From: Candidatus Electronema aureum
Lineage (GTDB): Bacteria > Desulfobacterota > Desulfobulbia > Desulfobulbales > Desulfobulbaceae
Direction of reading: 5' to 3'
Assembly: GCA_004284765.1 (NCBI GenBank)
Contig: NQJD01000018.1
Location: 16,304 to 48,303 of the forward strand
Length of the DNA: 32,000 nucleotides
Position 1 is the stretch's first letter. Each line of letters opens with the position of its first letter. The notes beneath the pieces were generated by a model. The model searched no databases, had not been told where the DNA came from, and saw only the letters and a program-made list of their open reading frames with translations. Both the position numbers and the translations under genes were made by a program. This document shows, piece by piece, positions 1 through 7,379 of this stretch.

Positions 1-362
1 TCATGGGCCGGAGAACGTGGGATTCCATAGGCCGCGCTCTACCCGGACGACACAGCATCGTGGTGACACGAAATACTGCTTTCCAGCCTGATGATTGCGA
101 GGTTGTCCATTCGCTGGCCGAGGGCATTAAAGCCGCCCGCAGCAGGCTGGAAACTAAGCTCTTCGTCATCGGCGGGGAACAGCTCTACGGCATGGCCTTG
201 TCGCTGGCTGACACCTTGATTCTCACCCGGCTTGAGCAGGCGTTCGTTGGTGATGCTTTTTTCCCGCCCTTCTCTTCTCCACCGTTCCAGCTCATGAAGA
301 CAGAACAGATCAACGGGCCGATACCCTATCAAATAGAGACGTGGCGACGGCGCAGTGCTTGA
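1..362 (+). CDS. folA: dihydrofolate reductase, C-terminal part (5' end lies outside the window)
   Basis: The frame is open to the window edge. The translation (I)MGRRTWDSIGRALPGRHSIVVTRN...LFVIGGEQLY matches the DHFR core motifs (GRxTWxSIG, VIGGxxxY). The first Met is the internal Met of the conserved IMGRKT motif. Confidence 0.85.
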   Translation, partial: MGRRTWDSIGRALPGRHSIVVTRNTAFQPDDCEVVHSLAEGIKAARSRLETKLFVIGGEQLYGMALSLADTLILTRLEQAFVGDAFFPPFSSPPFQLMKTEQINGPIPYQIETWRRRSA

Positions 363-386
363 CCGCTTCTTTTTTGCGCAAACACG

Positions 387-416
387 TTGACAGCAAGCCA
401 CTCGGTGGGATATCAC
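387..416 (+). promoter_or_regulatory. possible sigma70-type promoter for the downstream haem protein gene
   Basis: TTGACA at 387-392, an 18-nt spacer, then TATCAC at 411-416, about 60 nt upstream of the ATG at 479. Pattern match only. Confidence 0.3.
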
Positions 417-478
417 TCAGTAATTGTCCGCAAAATAGTTTGCTGGTCATTGCGTCATTCTAAAAAAGGAGAAAACAA

Positions 479-1201
479 ATGTGCGTCACCACCAAGAAGG
501 TTGTTCTATTCAGCGTACTGTCCCTGTTTATCAACGCGGCAGTCTGCAACATGTCTGAAGCAGCTGGTAAACCTGAAGTAAAGGTGCCAGAGGCTACCGC
601 ACCGCAAGGAAGCGGACAGGTTGAGCCGATTGCCGCAGCGGAGAAGAAGGTCGAAGTTACTGACGCATCTTTCCGCTGTCTTCATAAGATGACCAAAGTG
701 GGCAACATGTATGTTGACAATCTGCTTGGTGATCTTGAAGGAACACTTGCTGTTGCCAAGTCTTCTGCTGGCGGAGTGTATCCTGCTGGCTCGGTTGTGC
801 AACTCCTTCCCACCGAGGTTATGATCAAGCGGGAAAAAGGAGCTAATGATGAGACTAATGACTGGGAATTCTTTGTGTTAGAAGTTTCACCAGAAGGCAG
901 CAAGATCAAACAGCGTGGCTTCAATCCACCAGTGAAGAATATGTTAGGAAGCTGTATTTCTTGTCATAAGCAGGTGGCACCGCAAGCGGACATGGTTTGC
1001 GCGGCAGGTCAAGGCTGCCCGCCCATCGTTTTTCCGGGTGGTATCGATAATGCAAAGCTGATCTCGGCCCTGCAAAAGACAGACAAACGCTGCCCTTCTC
1101 CTGAGCCGCCCACCCCAGAAGAGATGGCAGAGTTGATCAAGCTCAAGAAAATGCTTGAAGCGCAGGCAGCAGCAGCAGCAGCAGCCGCTGGTCAGCCATA
1201 A
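479..1201 (+). CDS. secreted mono-haem c-type protein, possibly cytochrome P460 / c'-beta-like, with a poly-Ala C-terminal tail
   Basis: AGGAG lies 7-8 nt upstream of the ATG. The N-terminus is a signal peptide (KKVVLFSVLSLFINAAVC). There is a single CxxCH haem motif (CISCHK) preceded by NDWEFFVLEV...G, a layout reminiscent of the P460 family. The protein ends EAQAAAAAAAAGQP. Confidence 0.6.
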   Translation: MCVTTKKVVLFSVLSLFINAAVCNMSEAAGKPEVKVPEATAPQGSGQVEPIAAAEKKVEVTDASFRCLHKMTKVGNMYVDNLLGDLEGTLAVAKSSAGGVYPAGSVVQLLPTEVMIKREKGANDETNDWEFFVLEVSPEGSKIKQRGFNPPVKNMLGSCISCHKQVAPQADMVCAAGQGCPPIVFPGGIDNAKLISALQKTDKRCPSPEPPTPEEMAELIKLKKMLEAQAAAAAAAAGQP

Positions 1202-1216
1202 CCGTAACATCCAACG

Positions 1217-1241
1217 CAGGCGGAACGTAGCGTTTCGCCTG
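1217..1241 (+). terminator. terminator-like hairpin after the haem protein gene
   Basis: An 11-bp stem CAGGCGGAACG / CGTTTCGCCTG (one G-U pair) with a 3-nt loop TAG, followed by TGTTG. It starts 16 nt after the stop codon. The T tail is weak. Confidence 0.45.
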
Positions 1242-1293
1242 TGTTGCAGGCTCTTTCCCCGCCAGAACCCATTTCCCCCACCTATTTGTTAAT

Positions 1294-1959
1294 ATGCCCA
1301 GCAAGAGAATTGCTGTTATTCTGTCCGGCTGCGGTCATCGTGACGGCTCAGAAATCCACGAAGCCACGCTGACCCTTTGGGCCATTCACAAGCACAGAGC
1401 CGAGTATCAATGCTTTGCGCCGAATGTGCTGCAACATCATGTGCTGAACCATCTCACCGGCGAGGCAATGCCAGAGCAGCGCAACGTGCTGATCGAATCC
1501 GCCCGCATCGCTCGCGGTAAGATCAAGGACTTAGCCTTGTTTGATGCCGCTGCCTTTGATGGCTTGGTTATTCCCGGTGGAGTTGGGGCAGCCAAGAATC
1601 TCTGCACCTACGCCTTTGATGGCGCAAACTGCACGGTCAACCCAGACGTGGAGCAGGCGATCATCGCCATGCACAAGATAGGTAAGCCCATTGGTGCGCT
1701 TTGTATTGCCCCGGTTATTCTGGCTAAAGTCTTGGGCAAAGTAATTGTCACTGCTGGACAGGACGCAGCCACTGCAGCGGATATCAGCGCAATGGGCGGC
1801 TGTCATGCACCCACGTGGCAGGGAGAGATCATCGTTGATCGGGATAACAAGATCGTGACTGCGCCTTGCTATATGCTCGATTCTCGGCTTGATCAAATCA
1901 GCATAGAGACTGACAAGGTAATCGAGGCATTGATAGGCTTGATGGAGCCGAGCGCATGA
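1294..1959 (+). CDS. elbB: isoprenoid biosynthesis glyoxalase ElbB (DJ-1/PfpI superfamily)
   Basis: The protein is near-colinear with E. coli ElbB as I remember it: IAVILSGCGHRDGSEIHEATLTLWAI, NHLTGEAM, RNVLIESARIARG, LVIPGGVGAAKNL, KPIGALCIAP, DRDNKIVTAPCYM. Confidence 0.85.
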   Translation: MPSKRIAVILSGCGHRDGSEIHEATLTLWAIHKHRAEYQCFAPNVLQHHVLNHLTGEAMPEQRNVLIESARIARGKIKDLALFDAAAFDGLVIPGGVGAAKNLCTYAFDGANCTVNPDVEQAIIAMHKIGKPIGALCIAPVILAKVLGKVIVTAGQDAATAADISAMGGCHAPTWQGEIIVDRDNKIVTAPCYMLDSRLDQISIETDKVIEALIGLMEPSA

Positions 1960-2375
1960 AGAAGAGTCCCGCGCAGCTGTCCGATATCTTCACCTGTACC
2001 CGCTGTGGTTATTGCTGCCAAGGCGAGACCACGGTTTCGCTTGACCAAGAAGATCAGGCGCGGATGATGGCGGAACTCGGCCTGAGCCGCGAGGAGATGG
2101 AAGAACAATACTGGCGCGTGACTGAAGGCGTAGTGCAAATGCGAATCGTTGATCATCACTGCATTTTTTATACCGCAGAGAGCGGCTGCGCAGTGCATGA
2201 AGGCCGTCCTTGGCGATGCGGGCAGTGGCCACTGCATCCCAGCATCTTGGCCGATGAAGACAACTTCCGCACCATCCGTGAATCCTGTCCTGGTATCAAT
2301 CAAGAACTGAGCTGGGAGCAGTTCTGTGGGGTCTTCCGGCTGCTGCTGGAACAGGACAAGCGATTGCTCTGCTGA
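1956..2375 (+). CDS. YkgJ-family cysteine-cluster protein (putative Fe-S/Zn protein)
   Basis: N-terminal CxxCxxCC motif (FTCTRCGYCCQGE) and a later C...C..H pattern. ATGA start/stop overlap with elbB. Confidence 0.7.
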   Translation: MKKSPAQLSDIFTCTRCGYCCQGETTVSLDQEDQARMMAELGLSREEMEEQYWRVTEGVVQMRIVDHHCIFYTAESGCAVHEGRPWRCGQWPLHPSILADEDNFRTIRESCPGINQELSWEQFCGVFRLLLEQDKRLLC

Positions 2376-2402
2376 ACAAATGCAACTTCAACGAGATTCT
2401 GC

Positions 2403-3263
2403 ATGGGACAAACTGTCATCCTTTTCCTCGCAGCCAACCCGGACGGCACAGTCTGTCTGCGTGTTGATCGGGAGATCAAAAAGATAGAGCAAGGTCTGCG
2501 TGTTGCCGAGCAGCGCGACTGCTTTGTCTTCAAGACCTGTCAGGCTGTGACTGTGCCTGATCTGCGCCGGGCCATGCAGCAGCACAGGCCGCAGATCGTC
2601 CATTTCAGCGGACACGGCGACGGTGCGGCAGGGTTGTGTTTTGAGAGCGGGCAGGGCAAAATCCAGTTCGTTCAAGACGAAGCTCTGGCAGCCTTTTTCA
2701 GCATGTTTTCCGCCGAGGTGCGCTGTGTTGTCCTCAATGCCTGCTATTCCGAGGTGCAGGCTGAAGCCATTGCCCGGCATGTTGATTATGTGATCGGCAT
2801 GAGCGATTCCATTACCGATCAGGCGGCAATCGCCTTTTCTGTTGCCTTTTATGAAAGTCTTGGCAATAGTGAATCTATTGAATCCGCCTACAAATTCGCC
2901 TGCGCTGAAATAGCCCTTCTCGGCCTGAAAGAAGAGCATATTCCCAAGTTGATCCGCCGCCATGCGGCTGAGGAACGGAACATCGTGCAACCCTTTGTCA
3001 AAAGCGAGATTGAACATATCCAGCGGCTCGTTGCGGAAGACAAGCTCGAAAAAGCTCTGGCCGAATTTTTGATTTTCGCCGCATCAGCCGATGCAGAGAT
3101 AAAGCAGGAGGTGATCGTGCATCAGGCGGCACTGGCCAAGGCAGGAAAAGAGCGGCGGAAAGGCTTGATGGATACTGACAAGGAAGAGCAGATGCGGAAT
3201 AAGGTTCGTTATGCGCTGCTGGAACTGCTGAACGAACAGGCGGCGCGGCAGTTTGAAAATTAA
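2403..3263 (+). CDS. minimal CHAT-like (caspase-fold) peptidase domain fused to a C-terminal helical adaptor (effector-associated-domain-like) module
   Basis: ILFLAANPDGTVCLRVDREIKKIEQGL, then QIVHFSGHG (His71, nt 2613-2615), then CVVLNACYS (Cys114, nt 2742-2744). This is the strand-His-Gly / strand-Cys dyad layout typical of CHAT domains. Residues about 203-280 form a helical module homologous to the next ORF. Confidence 0.7.
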   Translation: MGQTVILFLAANPDGTVCLRVDREIKKIEQGLRVAEQRDCFVFKTCQAVTVPDLRRAMQQHRPQIVHFSGHGDGAAGLCFESGQGKIQFVQDEALAAFFSMFSAEVRCVVLNACYSEVQAEAIARHVDYVIGMSDSITDQAAIAFSVAFYESLGNSESIESAYKFACAEIALLGLKEEHIPKLIRRHAAEERNIVQPFVKSEIEHIQRLVAEDKLEKALAEFLIFAASADAEIKQEVIVHQAALAKAGKERRKGLMDTDKEEQMRNKVRYALLELLNEQAARQFEN

Positions 3264-3280
3264 GCTGACAGTTTTCCCTT

Positions 3281-3559
3281 ATGCCTGCGGCAAATGACAT
3301 AAAAGAACGGCATTCAGAAGTGCAGATGCTGTTTGCTGAGGACAACATCAACGAAGCCGTCAAGCGGCTCATGGATTTTGTCCGTGATTTTTCGCAGGAT
3401 AACAGTGACAACTTGAACGAGGTGATTGTCATCAGCAGCAGTTTTAGCCGATTAGAGAAGGCGGAACGACGTGGGACGCTCAGTTATGACGAGGTGGATC
3501 AGAAACGAAATAAGCTGCTGTATCAGGCTCTCGATCTTATGGAGACTGTCATCGCATGA
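3281..3559 (+). CDS. stand-alone helical adaptor protein (same module as the CHAT protein C-terminus)
   Basis: The 92-aa protein aligns with CHAT residues 205-277: VQMLFAEDNINEAVKRLMDF..NEVIVISSSFSRLEKAERRGTLSYDEVDQKRNKLLYQALDLM versus IQRLVAEDKLEKALAEFLIF..QEVIVHQAALAKAGKERRKGLMDTDKEEQMRNKVRYALLELL. Its stop overlaps the next start (ATGA). Confidence 0.55.
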   Translation: MPAANDIKERHSEVQMLFAEDNINEAVKRLMDFVRDFSQDNSDNLNEVIVISSSFSRLEKAERRGTLSYDEVDQKRNKLLYQALDLMETVIA

Positions 3560-4812
3560 ACAAGGAGCAGGCAATGCAGGGTATTGAACAGGCTGCCGCA
3601 GACCTTCGTGCCGCTATTGCCAGCAATCCCGGAGAGCACGGCACTGGTCTGGTGCAGTTTGCTAACACATACGCCTTGAAGAGCAGTCAGCGGCATTCTG
3701 CGGTTCTTCTCAAGCTAAACTGGACCAAAGCAGCGGACGAGGAGCAGCAGCATCGTGTTCTCCAAGACATGCTGGCCTTGCTTGAGGAAATTGTTGCCGA
3801 CTCTGCCAGCGGCACGGCGGGCGGGGAGCCGCCGCTGAACCAACTCATTGTCCGCGCTCAGGAACATGTTCCTGAGCCGCCGCATGATGTAGTTTTCAGC
3901 TGCGAAAATCTCGGCAAAACCTACAAAAAATCCGGTTTTCAGCTCAACGGCGTGAATTTGCAGCTTCGCTTCGGCGAAATCACCGGCGTGGTCGGCGAGA
4001 ACGGCAACGGCAAAACCACGCTGTTCCGCATCGTTGCCGGTGAACTGCTGCATGATCAGGGCAGCATCGCATATCCGCTGTTCGGTCAGGACAGCGCGGC
4101 AAAAAAGGGCATCAACTGGATCAAAGTCAAGGAGCAGATTGCCTATGTGCCGCAGGAGCTGCCCAAGGTGTATGGCAAATTAGAGGAGATGCTTCAGTAC
4201 GAGGCCGCCATTCACGGCATCCGGGGCAAAAAAAATCTGCGGGAAGTGGATTTCATTGTCCAGCGGCTGGAACTGAGCGAGCACTTGGAAAAACGCTGGA
4301 AAGAGCTGTCCGGCGGCTTCAAGCTGCGTTTCGCCTTAGCCTGCGCCTTGGTCTGGAAACCCAAGCTGCTAATCATTGACGAGCCGTTGGCCAATCTTGA
4401 TTTCAAGGCCCAGCAGGTGGTGCTAAGAGATTTGCGCAATTTGGCGGAGAGTCTGCGCTATCCCATGTCTGTGCTGATTTCCTCTCAGCATTTGCACGAG
4501 GTTGAGGCGATTTCTGATCAGATCGTCTTCCTTGACAAAGGCAAGGTTGAATTCAACGGGCCGAAAGAGCAGCTTGGCGAGGAACGCCGTTGCAACACCT
4601 TTGAGATGCTGGTGTCCTGCAAAGAGGAAGAACTGCGTGAGCATCTCCGGCGGCTTGCGCCGCAGCGGATTCAGCATTCCGGGGTTTCTTATGTGGTCAC
4701 GCTGCCGCTGGCGGTGGATGGAAGTAGGCTGCTGCGGCATCTGCTGGAATGCGGCGTGGAGGTGGAATATTTCCGGGACATCAGCCGGTCAATCAAGCAG
4801 TTGTTTCATTAA
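3556..4812 (+). CDS. ABC-transporter-type ATPase with a roughly 110-aa helical N-terminal extension
   Basis: Walker A GENGNGKTT, Q-loop VPQE, signature LSGGFKLR, Walker B LLIIDEPLANLD, H-loop SSQHLHE, and a C-terminal domain of about 90 aa as in ABC-2-type ATPases. The first 110 aa are non-ABC, helical and acidic. Confidence 0.85.
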   Translation: MNKEQAMQGIEQAAADLRAAIASNPGEHGTGLVQFANTYALKSSQRHSAVLLKLNWTKAADEEQQHRVLQDMLALLEEIVADSASGTAGGEPPLNQLIVRAQEHVPEPPHDVVFSCENLGKTYKKSGFQLNGVNLQLRFGEITGVVGENGNGKTTLFRIVAGELLHDQGSIAYPLFGQDSAAKKGINWIKVKEQIAYVPQELPKVYGKLEEMLQYEAAIHGIRGKKNLREVDFIVQRLELSEHLEKRWKELSGGFKLRFALACALVWKPKLLIIDEPLANLDFKAQQVVLRDLRNLAESLRYPMSVLISSQHLHEVEAISDQIVFLDKGKVEFNGPKEQLGEERRCNTFEMLVSCKEEELREHLRRLAPQRIQHSGVSYVVTLPLAVDGSRLLRHLLECGVEVEYFRDISRSIKQLFH

Positions 4813-4829
4813 TTGGCAGAGCATTTACG

Positions 4830-5615
4830 ATGATTCCTATTTTTTTCAAGAAATTGGATCAGAATTTGAGGGTGAATTATCCGATAGTTTGGCGGACGCG
4901 AATTCACTATTTTTTCTGGTATCTTTTAATACTTTTAATGTTGACTTTCTTAGCGAAATTATTTAATTCAAATAAGCTGGATTTTTTATATAAATCAAAA
5001 GGAAATCAAGAACTTTGCATGATTATATTGACATTTCTGTCAATCTTTGTACTGCATCCGTTTTATCATCCAATCGGTGACAATCGATTAGTTAAATGTA
5101 TTTTTACTACATTATGCTATAGTTTATGTTTTTTTTCTATGTCGTCAATTATGATCCTGACCATATTACCACGTATAGATTTGTCATATTATATTTTAAT
5201 AAATATATCTACGGCTTTAATAGTTACAGTTTCTTCGTCACTTAGAAGAATAAGCGATGACAATATGAAGATTTTATCTTCGTGTTGTTTAAGTGTAATT
5301 TTTTTGTTTGCTTTCATGTTCATGATTTATTACATAAACGATACAACAATAAAATATAAATATAGTTATATATTTACAATACCTTTGATTACAATGTTTT
5401 ACATTGCATTATTTATCGTTTTATCGCGACGCATCGCATCTTTTGTATTTATGTTTTTAACATTCTTCATTCTTATTTTCTTTTTATTGATTCCAGAGAA
5501 TTTCTATTTTTTTTATCCAGCGGAAAAATTGAGAGTAATTTATCTGTTTATAGCATTCAATACTATGATTGCTTTTAAAGTGCTGATTCGATATATATAC
5601 TGGCCAAAGCCGTGA
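4830..5615 (+). CDS. polytopic membrane protein (about 7-8 hydrophobic segments), probable membrane partner of the ABC ATPase; no family recognised
   Basis: The ATG at 4830 lies 17 nt after the ABC stop. The track start at 4749 overlaps the ABC gene and is GC-rich, so it is unlikely. The protein has successive F/I/L/Y-rich 18-25-aa segments. The gene is very AT-rich, and its stop overlaps the rlmH GTG (GTGA). Confidence 0.6.
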   Translation: MIPIFFKKLDQNLRVNYPIVWRTRIHYFFWYLLILLMLTFLAKLFNSNKLDFLYKSKGNQELCMIILTFLSIFVLHPFYHPIGDNRLVKCIFTTLCYSLCFFSMSSIMILTILPRIDLSYYILINISTALIVTVSSSLRRISDDNMKILSSCCLSVIFLFAFMFMIYYINDTTIKYKYSYIFTIPLITMFYIALFIVLSRRIASFVFMFLTFFILIFFLLIPENFYFFYPAEKLRVIYLFIAFNTMIAFKVLIRYIYWPKP

Positions 5616-6076
5616 GATTCATCCTCCCCTTCCTCGGCAAAACCAAGGAAAGCTACCTTGATCACGGCATCCGCGACTACGCCGAACGCCTGCGCCGCTA
5701 CGTGCCGGTGGACATCAAGGTGCTGAAAGAGCCAGGCAAAAATGAGCCGGATGCGGTGCTCATGGCCCGCGAGGCGGATTTGCTGCTGAGTCAGGCTGCC
5801 GCAGCTTCTCTGCTCGTGGCCCTTGATCCGGCTGGCCGCGAGCAGACCTCAGAAGATATGGCCGCTGCTTTAGAAAGCTGGGAAAGCCGAGGTCTGCACA
5901 CTATCTGCTTTCTCATCGGTGGCCATCTTGGCTTAGACCCGCGTGTACGCCAGCAGGCCAACGCACTTTGGTCGCTCTCCCGCCTCACCTTCACCCACGA
6001 GATGAGCCGCTTCATCCTGATCGAGCAGCTGTACAGGGCCTGTTCGATCAAGGCCGGACACAAGTATCATCGATAA
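5612..6076 (+). CDS. rlmH: 23S rRNA (pseudouridine1915-N3)-methyltransferase RlmH (SPOUT)
   Basis: LIGGHLGLDP...WSLSRLTFTHEMSRFILIEQLYRACSIKAGHKYHR matches the conserved RlmH C-terminus. GTG start. Confidence 0.9.
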   Translation: MRFILPFLGKTKESYLDHGIRDYAERLRRYVPVDIKVLKEPGKNEPDAVLMAREADLLLSQAAAASLLVALDPAGREQTSEDMAAALESWESRGLHTICFLIGGHLGLDPRVRQQANALWSLSRLTFTHEMSRFILIEQLYRACSIKAGHKYHR

Positions 6077-6078
6077 GA

Positions 6079-7299
6079 CTACACTTCCCCGCGCAGCACT
6101 GGCGAAATGATCTCATAGACCTGTTCCACGGTGATTGCCTTTAGGCATTGGTTGTCTGTGCAAGGAGTCTTGCGGTGATTAGCCGCGCTCACACAAGGCG
6201 AACAAGCTAATCCAGCAAAGATAGGCGTGGAATTGCCAAGCGAGCCGTACAGCTTCGGTGTTTCTGGGCCAAAGAGGACAAAGGTAGGCAGCGAGGTGAT
6301 AGACGAGAAATGGCCAGGTCCAGAGTCGTTCGTCACCATCAAGGCGGCAATGCTATAGAGCAGCGGCAACTGTCCCAGCGTCACTGCCCCAGCAAAATTA
6401 CTGCAACGTGGATGATTGACACTGAGACGCTGTTGCTCTGCCTCTGCATGTTCTGCGGGCGCACCGGTGATCAAGACCAGCGTATCCGGGGTAGTAATCA
6501 AGATGCACTGCATCAGCTTGATGTACCGCTCTGATGGCCAGCGGCGCTGCGGCAGCATCTCGCTGGCGTTAGGGTTAATCAGCACTAATCGGTGCCACGT
6601 GCGATCATAAGCAGGATAATGCCGCGCCACCAATTCGTGCATTGCCGCCAGCTGCTGTTCGGTGAAGCTGACCAATGGTAGGCTGATTTCTGCATCGTTG
6701 ATCGTTTGCTTGGAATACGGCAGCTCTGGCGTATCTGCCAGCAGACTGTTGACCAAGGCGATGAAATTCTTGGCAATATGCTGATGCGGATTATACGCCA
6801 CCCGATGCGTAAGCAGCTCGCCCCGATATAAGCCCTCGTTGCAAAAGCGGTAAAAACCCACCCGGTTGACGGCTCCACTTGCACCGGTGAGTAGGGCGGT
6901 AAAGCGCGAGAACAGCTCCAGATCAATCACTGTGTCGATCTGGTGTTGCCGTGTCCAACGCAGGAAACGCAGGGTGTCCCAAGCCAAGGTAACAAGGTTG
7001 TCTTCACGCAACGTAAACACGTTCGCGGGCGGGATGGTGCCGGTGAGGTCAAGACTAGCCCGGTTATGAGCGAAGATAACGAAAAATAACTCCGCGTCGA
7101 ACTGCTGCCGGGCTTTGCGCAAGGCTGGATCAGCTAAGATAGTTGATCCCATCTCAGACAACTCGATGAAGAGTATCTTCTTTGGCAGCAGCTGCGGGCT
7201 GCGCAGAACAGCCTCTCTCAGCTTCACCGCAACGGTAAGGAGAAAGGTCAGCGGGATACCTATCCAGCGATCCACTGCACGCATGGTGTCAACATTCAT
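6079..7299 (-). CDS. glycosyltransferase family 9 (LPS heptosyltransferase-like)
   Basis: GT9 hallmark C-terminal region: LGQLPLLYSIAALMVTNDSGPGHFSSITSLPTFVLFGPETP. Convergent with rlmH, with 2 nt between the stops. Confidence 0.8.
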   Translation of the reverse strand: MNVDTMRAVDRWIGIPLTFLLTVAVKLREAVLRSPQLLPKKILFIELSEMGSTILADPALRKARQQFDAELFFVIFAHNRASLDLTGTIPPANVFTLREDNLVTLAWDTLRFLRWTRQHQIDTVIDLELFSRFTALLTGASGAVNRVGFYRFCNEGLYRGELLTHRVAYNPHQHIAKNFIALVNSLLADTPELPYSKQTINDAEISLPLVSFTEQQLAAMHELVARHYPAYDRTWHRLVLINPNASEMLPQRRWPSERYIKLMQCILITTPDTLVLITGAPAEHAEAEQQRLSVNHPRCSNFAGAVTLGQLPLLYSIAALMVTNDSGPGHFSSITSLPTFVLFGPETPKLYGSLGNSTPIFAGLACSPCVSAANHRKTPCTDNQCLKAITVEQVYEIISPVLRGEV

Positions 7300-7379
7300 A
7301 CAGCCCTCTCAATAAAAGAACACGGAACATCTTCGATGCTCTCTTGGTAGTTTTCCCGATAAGGCGTTCGGGTTGATAT

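Noticed and set aside
2388-3017. A 209-aa ORF on the minus strand, antisense to the CHAT gene. Similar long antisense ORFs occur at 39-416(-), 9770-10516(+), 16359-17165(-) and 11620-12048(+).
   Set aside because: The opposite strand carries clearly recognisable protein families in each case. Long antisense ORFs are expected in GC-rich coding DNA, and none shows recognisable motifs.
4749-4829. An earlier start (4749) for the membrane protein, overlapping the 3' end of the ABC gene by 64 nt.
   Set aside because: The extension (MRRGGGIFPGHQPVNQAVVSLIGRAFT) is GC-rich like the ABC gene rather than the AT-rich membrane gene, and it is non-hydrophobic. The ATG at 4830 lies just after the ABC stop.
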